The notes under the pieces are model-generated. The model made no database searches. It worked only from the letters and a program-made list of their open reading frames with translations, and had not been told where the DNA came from. Positions 57,386 to 61,676 of a DNA stretch of 61,676 nt are shown here, piece after piece. Positions within the stretch are counted from its first letter, which is position 1, and each line of letters opens with the position of its first letter. The translations under genes were made by a program, and so were the position numbers. This DNA is from Smithella sp. (GTDB lineage: Bacteria > Desulfobacterota > Syntrophia > Syntrophales > Smithellaceae), in the NCBI GenBank assembly GCA_035382085.1, contig DAOSZO010000005.1, forward strand, positions 1 through 61,676, read 5' to 3'.

Positions 57386-57414
57386 TTGACACGCTCCAGA
57401 GGGCTTGATATAAA
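57386..57414 (+). promoter_or_regulatory. sigma70-type promoter of the ABC transporter operon
   Basis: TTGACA, 17-nt spacer, TATAAA. Confidence 0.6.
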
Positions 57415-57485
57415 TATAATCAATCAAAACAGAAGTCGCATAGGCGTTATTTAACCTTCAGCCGAAGTAGTAGCGTGGTCGTTCC

Positions 57486-58556
57486 ATGGACATGAAACGC
57501 GATTACTATGAGGATGTCGAGTTGTTTCAGAGCGGAACGATTCTGTTTTGGTCCGTTGTCCTTCTGATTGTTCTTTTTGCTCTGCCGTTTTTTTTGCCGT
57601 CCTATAATATTTATCTCTTGAATGTCATTCTGGTGAACGTGATTCTTGCGGTGGGCCTGAACATTCTGGTGGGTTACACGGGACAGATTTCACTGGGGCA
57701 CGCCGGATTCTTCGCCATCGGTGCTTACGGAACCTCGCTCATCATGATGCATTTGCATCTGCCGTTTTTTGTCGCGCTGATCATCGCTGCGCTGATTGCC
57801 GCGTTCTTCGGTTTCATCATCGGTCTTCCAGCGCTGCGGTTGGAAGGGCCCTATCTGGCGATTGCCACGCTGGGTTTCGGCTTGACCATCATGCATATCA
57901 TCGGACGCTGGGAAATTTTTGGCGGCCGGATGGGCATCACGGCGCCGCCCCTTGATCTGGGCATTCCCGGTTCGTCTTTGAGCTGGGTCATAGAAGGCGA
58001 TATAAAGATCTATTATCTTATCCTTGTCATGACATTTCTTCTGGTGATTGGTGCGAAGAACCTGATGAAAACACGAGTGGGCCGTGCGTTCATGTCGATC
58101 CGCGATGATGATATTGCGGCTGAGGTGATGGGCGTGAATCTGACGATTTACAAGACCATGTCCTTTGCCGTGAGCGCTTTTTACGCGGGGATTGCCGGTG
58201 GACTTTACGGCTTTGTGGTCGGGTTCTTTGATCCTTTTTCCTTTAATTTGATTCTTTCCATCATTTTTCTGGTCATGATTGTCGTCGGTGGCCTCGGTTC
58301 CATCATGGGCGCCGTCACGGGCGCCGCCTTAATCACTTATCTGCAGTATGACCTGCTGAAGAACGTGGAGAATCTGCCTTATCTGGGAACGCTTCTGGTC
58401 AATATTTCCAGAAAATGGTTCACCGTCATCGGACTGGCCAATTTCTCCAACATAGCTTTGGGGCTGATTATGATCGCCATCGTTATTTTTGAGCCCCTGG
58501 GGATGTTCGGTATTTGGATCAGAATCAAAAAATATTGGAAAACCTGGCCTTTCTAA
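57486..58556 (+). CDS. Branched-chain amino acid-type ABC permease, LivM-like
   Basis: GYTGQISLGHAGF, LRLEGPYLAIATL, GRAFMSIRDD and GGLGS motifs. Confidence 0.93.
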   Translation: MDMKRDYYEDVELFQSGTILFWSVVLLIVLFALPFFLPSYNIYLLNVILVNVILAVGLNILVGYTGQISLGHAGFFAIGAYGTSLIMMHLHLPFFVALIIAALIAAFFGFIIGLPALRLEGPYLAIATLGFGLTIMHIIGRWEIFGGRMGITAPPLDLGIPGSSLSWVIEGDIKIYYLILVMTFLLVIGAKNLMKTRVGRAFMSIRDDDIAAEVMGVNLTIYKTMSFAVSAFYAGIAGGLYGFVVGFFDPFSFNLILSIIFLVMIVVGGLGSIMGAVTGAALITYLQYDLLKNVENLPYLGTLLVNISRKWFTVIGLANFSNIALGLIMIAIVIFEPLGMFGIWIRIKKYWKTWPF

Positions 58557-58577
58557 AAAGGCGGAGGGAATCAATCC

Positions 58578-59447
58578 ATGTTTGAACAGCTGTTGATTGA
58601 AGGAGTGGCCATCGGCGCCTGCTATGGGCTGTTCGGCGTTGCGGTGGCGATCATTTACAAGACGTCGGATGTGATCAATTTTGCGCAGGGCGAGATGGGC
58701 ATGGTGGCGACTTTTGTCGCTTACCATATTCTGACGGTCTACGGTCTACCTTTCTGGATCGCCTTTCCGGCCACGATGGTTTTTGCGATTTTGCTCGGCA
58801 TGGCGATTGAATTTTGTTTCCTGCGGCCCGCCAAAGATCCGAATGTTCTGGGCTTGCTGATCATCACGCTCGGGGCCGAGATGCTGCTGATGGGCTTGGC
58901 CGGGTGGAAATGGGGCTCGGAACAGAAAGACTTTCCGTTTTTGCTTTCCGTTCACAAAAACGTGGAGATCCTGGGCTTGTCCGTGAATGAATGGACTGTC
59001 GGCGTCTTTACGTTGTCCATTGCGATTATGATTTTCCTCTTTTTGTTTTTCCGTTATTCAAGATTGGGAATCGCGATGCGTGCCACGCAACAGAACGTGA
59101 ATGCGGCCAAGATCATGGGAATCAAGGTGGAGCGCGTGTTTTCCATTACCTGGGCCATGAGTTCGTTTATCGGCGCGATTGCCGCGATGTTTTTCGCCGC
59201 CCGTTCCGTATTGGATCCGAATTTCATGATGGAACCGTTTATGCGGGCCTTTGCCGCCGCAGTTTTGGGCGGTCTGACCAGCATTCCCGGAGTCGTGGTC
59301 GGCGGACTTCTCATGGGAATCATCGAAAATATCTTTGGATACGCTTGGCCGGAATGGAAACCGATTGTGGCGTTCGTGGTCATCATCATCATCATTACAG
59401 TGAGGCCGAGCGGTTTGTTTTCAAAACACTTCGTCAAGAAAGTGTAA
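58578..59447 (+). CDS. Branched-chain amino acid-type ABC permease, LivH-like
   Basis: INFAQGE, GIAMRAT, AAVLGG and RPSGLF motifs. Confidence 0.93.
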   Translation: MFEQLLIEGVAIGACYGLFGVAVAIIYKTSDVINFAQGEMGMVATFVAYHILTVYGLPFWIAFPATMVFAILLGMAIEFCFLRPAKDPNVLGLLIITLGAEMLLMGLAGWKWGSEQKDFPFLLSVHKNVEILGLSVNEWTVGVFTLSIAIMIFLFLFFRYSRLGIAMRATQQNVNAAKIMGIKVERVFSITWAMSSFIGAIAAMFFAARSVLDPNFMMEPFMRAFAAAVLGGLTSIPGVVVGGLLMGIIENIFGYAWPEWKPIVAFVVIIIIITVRPSGLFSKHFVKKV

Positions 59448-59483
59448 AAGGGAACTTGGTATTTTATGCAACCGGAGCATCCG

Positions 59484-59933
59484 ATGAAAAAAGCGGGCAA
59501 AATCGTCATGATGATTTCAGCAGTCCTGATTTTGTCGGGGTTCGCGCTCTGGGATGTTCCCCGCAATCAGCTGCGGCTTTTCCTGGAAAGGAATGCCATT
59601 GAAAAAACGGCGCATGATTATCTGCGAGCCGAAATGAAAAAAGATTTCCGCCAGGTTTATGATCTTCTGGCGCCATCATCCGATTACCGAAAAGCTCACT
59701 CCTATGAGGCTTTTTTAAAAGACACGGGGAGTTATCCTCCCATGACAATGGATTCCTACAAGATTGTTCGAATCTGTCACTTAAGAGACAATGACGTGAA
59801 GCAGCGCTACCCGGAAGTCGAAAAATTTGTTCAGGTGGAGGTGGATGTCACGTTTGCCGAGTCCGGTCCCGACAGCATTTTTAATTACAGTTTCACTTTT
59901 CTCAAAGAAAAGGGGAGATGGTATAAAGGGTAG
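59484..59933 (+). CDS. Membrane-anchored periplasmic hypothetical protein, NTF2-like/DUF4878-like
   Basis: N-terminal TM, DFRQVYDLLAP helix and terminal FLKEKGRWY strand. Alternative start 59466. Confidence 0.65.
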   Translation: MKKAGKIVMMISAVLILSGFALWDVPRNQLRLFLERNAIEKTAHDYLRAEMKKDFRQVYDLLAPSSDYRKAHSYEAFLKDTGSYPPMTMDSYKIVRICHLRDNDVKQRYPEVEKFVQVEVDVTFAESGPDSIFNYSFTFLKEKGRWYKG

Positions 59934-59990
59934 TTTTTAAACATTAAATTTCAGTGAAGACTTGAAGGATTCAACCATAAGGAGGAGATT

Positions 59991-61181
59991 ATGAAAAAAC
60001 TGATTGTTTCCATTTTTGTTGTATGTGCTGTCTTGACGGTGGTCATTTTTGCCTATGCCGCCGCCCGCCCAGGATTTGACAATAAGGAGATCCGCATCGC
60101 CCAGTGGGGACCGCAGACCGGACCGGCGGCTCCTTGGGGATCCGTGGCTCGCGGAAGCGGCCTGCTGTTCCAGATTGTCAATGAAGAAGGCGGGATTCAT
60201 GGAAGAAAAATAAAATATTTCATCCGTGATGATCAGTACAATCCTGCCCAGACCAAAGCCGTGGTGAAAGAACTGGTCGAACGCGAGGGGATTTTCGCCT
60301 TTGTAGGCGGCGTGGGTGCGGCCTGCGGCATGGCCGTCAAAGACTATCTGACGGAAAACAAAATTATTTGGGTCGGCCCTTCAACGGCGCTGCAGGAATA
60401 TGTTTTCCCCGTGAATCCGTATCTCTTTGCCATTTATCCCCTTTACGAGGATGAAGCGAGCATTTTGACGAAGTATGCCGTGGAGAAATTAAAAGCCAAG
60501 AAAATCGCGTTTCTGTATCAAAACGATTCTTATGGCAAAGCCGGTTTGGCCGGTTGCAAAATGAGAATGAACGCGATGAAAAAGAAACTGGCGGAAGAGG
60601 TTTCCGTGGAGCCGGGAGAGAAAGATCTTTCTTCCCAGATATTGCGCCTGAAGAATTCCGGCGCCGATGTGGTCTTCCTGTGGGTGAATCCGACCAGCGC
60701 CGTCATTGCCCTCAAGACCGCCGCAACCATCGGGTTCAAACCGCAGTGGATTTCTTCCGACACCTTGATGGATTTTCCGCTGATGAATAAAATTACCGGC
60801 GGCTTGTGGGAAGGTGTCATTACCGGCGGGTTTGGTTTGCCGACGGATGTTGATCATCCCTTGATGAACAAATACAGGGCTGCCGCCAAGAAATACGCAC
60901 CCGAGGAACGATTTGGCGTTTTTTACACCGCTGGCATCATGTTTGCGGAACCGCTGGTGGAAGCTCTCAAACGGGTCGGTCCCAATTTGAGCCGGGAAGC
61001 GCTTTTGAAGGAACTCAATTCCATCAGGAATTTCCAGGGTATCGGGCCGGTCATCAATTGGTCTCCGCAGGTTCATCAGGGAGTCGATTCCATTCAGATT
61101 CTTAAGTGCGGTCCCAATTCCAGTTACATTTTGCTGCAGGATTGGACGAAAAACGAACTGGCCACTTGGAAGAAAAAATAA
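59991..61181 (+). CDS. ABC substrate-binding protein (LivK/PBP1 family)
   Basis: Signal peptide, GPQTGPAA, GGIHGRKI, DDQYNP and YQNDSYG motifs. Confidence 0.93.
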   Translation: MKKLIVSIFVVCAVLTVVIFAYAAARPGFDNKEIRIAQWGPQTGPAAPWGSVARGSGLLFQIVNEEGGIHGRKIKYFIRDDQYNPAQTKAVVKELVEREGIFAFVGGVGAACGMAVKDYLTENKIIWVGPSTALQEYVFPVNPYLFAIYPLYEDEASILTKYAVEKLKAKKIAFLYQNDSYGKAGLAGCKMRMNAMKKKLAEEVSVEPGEKDLSSQILRLKNSGADVVFLWVNPTSAVIALKTAATIGFKPQWISSDTLMDFPLMNKITGGLWEGVITGGFGLPTDVDHPLMNKYRAAAKKYAPEERFGVFYTAGIMFAEPLVEALKRVGPNLSREALLKELNSIRNFQGIGPVINWSPQVHQGVDSIQILKCGPNSSYILLQDWTKNELATWKKK

Positions 61182-61190
61182 TTGCATGGT

Positions 61191-61211
61191 CGGCGGGGCG
61201 ATGCCCCGCCG
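61191..61211. other. GC-rich hairpin after the SBP gene (mRNA stabiliser/partial terminator)
   Basis: CGGCGGGGC-gat-GCCCCGCCG with no U tract. Confidence 0.55.
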
Positions 61212-61246
61212 TCACCTTCGGATAAGAAGATAGGGGTTTTTCCGCA

Positions 61247-61676
61247 ATGGCGCACTTTAAAGTGGAAAATTTGAGTATTTCGTTTGGCGGCATCAAAGCG
61301 GTCAATAATATCAGCTTTGAAGTTGAGCCCAATACAATATTTTCCATCATCGGACCCAACGGCAGCGGGAAAACCACCATCTTCAACATGATCAGCGGAA
61401 TTTACAAACCGAATGAAGGCGGGATTTTTCTCGAGGGCGAAAATCTTGTGGGGAAGCGACCGGACAAGATCGCCCGTAAGGGCATCGCGCGCACCTTTCA
61501 GAACATCCAATTGTTCGGCAACGCCACCGTCATGGACAATCTGATGCTGGGAAGACACATTCACATGAACACGGGAATCCTCAGCGGCGCTTTTATGTGG
61601 GGAAGGCGTTCCCGCGCCGCGCAGGAGGAGATCCGACACCGCGAAATCATCGAGCACATCATTGATTTTCTGGACC
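61247..61676 (+). CDS. ABC ATP-binding protein, LivG-like; runs off the window end
   Basis: MAHFKVENLSISFGGIKAV, GPNGSGKTT Walker A and GIARTFQN motifs. Confidence 0.93.
   Translation, partial: MAHFKVENLSISFGGIKAVNNISFEVEPNTIFSIIGPNGSGKTTIFNMISGIYKPNEGGIFLEGENLVGKRPDKIARKGIARTFQNIQLFGNATVMDNLMLGRHIHMNTGILSGAFMWGRRSRAAQEEIRHREIIEHIIDFLD

Noticed and set aside
1-61676. CRISPR arrays, tRNA/rRNA genes, IS elements, prophage or defence genes
   Set aside because: No regularly spaced direct repeats, cloverleaf or T-loop signatures, or transposase/integrase/phage motifs were seen. This was a visual scan only; tRNAscan and CRISPR finders would be decisive.

Overview
Chromosomal window from an anaerobic deltaproteobacterium, most likely Syntrophales (Smithella/Syntrophus-like). 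This is inferred from gene content (several acyl-CoA dehydrogenases, SCP2, Liv-type ABC, selA, a MenK-like enzyme), not from a marker gene. It is mostly housekeeping and metabolic: smc-ftsY, HDAC-gatCAB-mtnA, tatA/C-PBP1A, ilvBNCD, pldA-kdsB-hldD-pgeF-rluD-selA, def, gcvT-H-PA-PB-lipA-(GT2)-lpdA, a sigma54 two-component module, and a TetR/SCP2/ACAD/ABC fatty-acid cluster. I found no tRNA, rRNA, CRISPR array, transposase or integrase. The best signals are not in the ORF track. (1) An unannotated 31-aa Ile/Leu/Val-rich leader peptide precedes ilvB, with TWO tandem terminators that can both be switched off by a relay of alternative hairpins. (2) The same operon has an IlvN with Asp at the valine-binding Gly (mimicking the E. 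coli IlvH G14D feedback-resistant allele) and a KARI with an atypical acidic cofactor loop. (3) The HemN-like radical SAM protein carries the QxTxYPLM motif of MenK/MqnK methylmenaquinone synthases. (4) A consensus sigma54 promoter drives two small exported proteins next to a convergent HK/RR pair. (5) A perfect palindromic operator sits over the SCP2-ACAD promoter. (6) An NrdR-box-like site lies upstream of smc. There are also two broken genes and two families of REP-like palindromes. All calls are by eye, without database searches or folding software.
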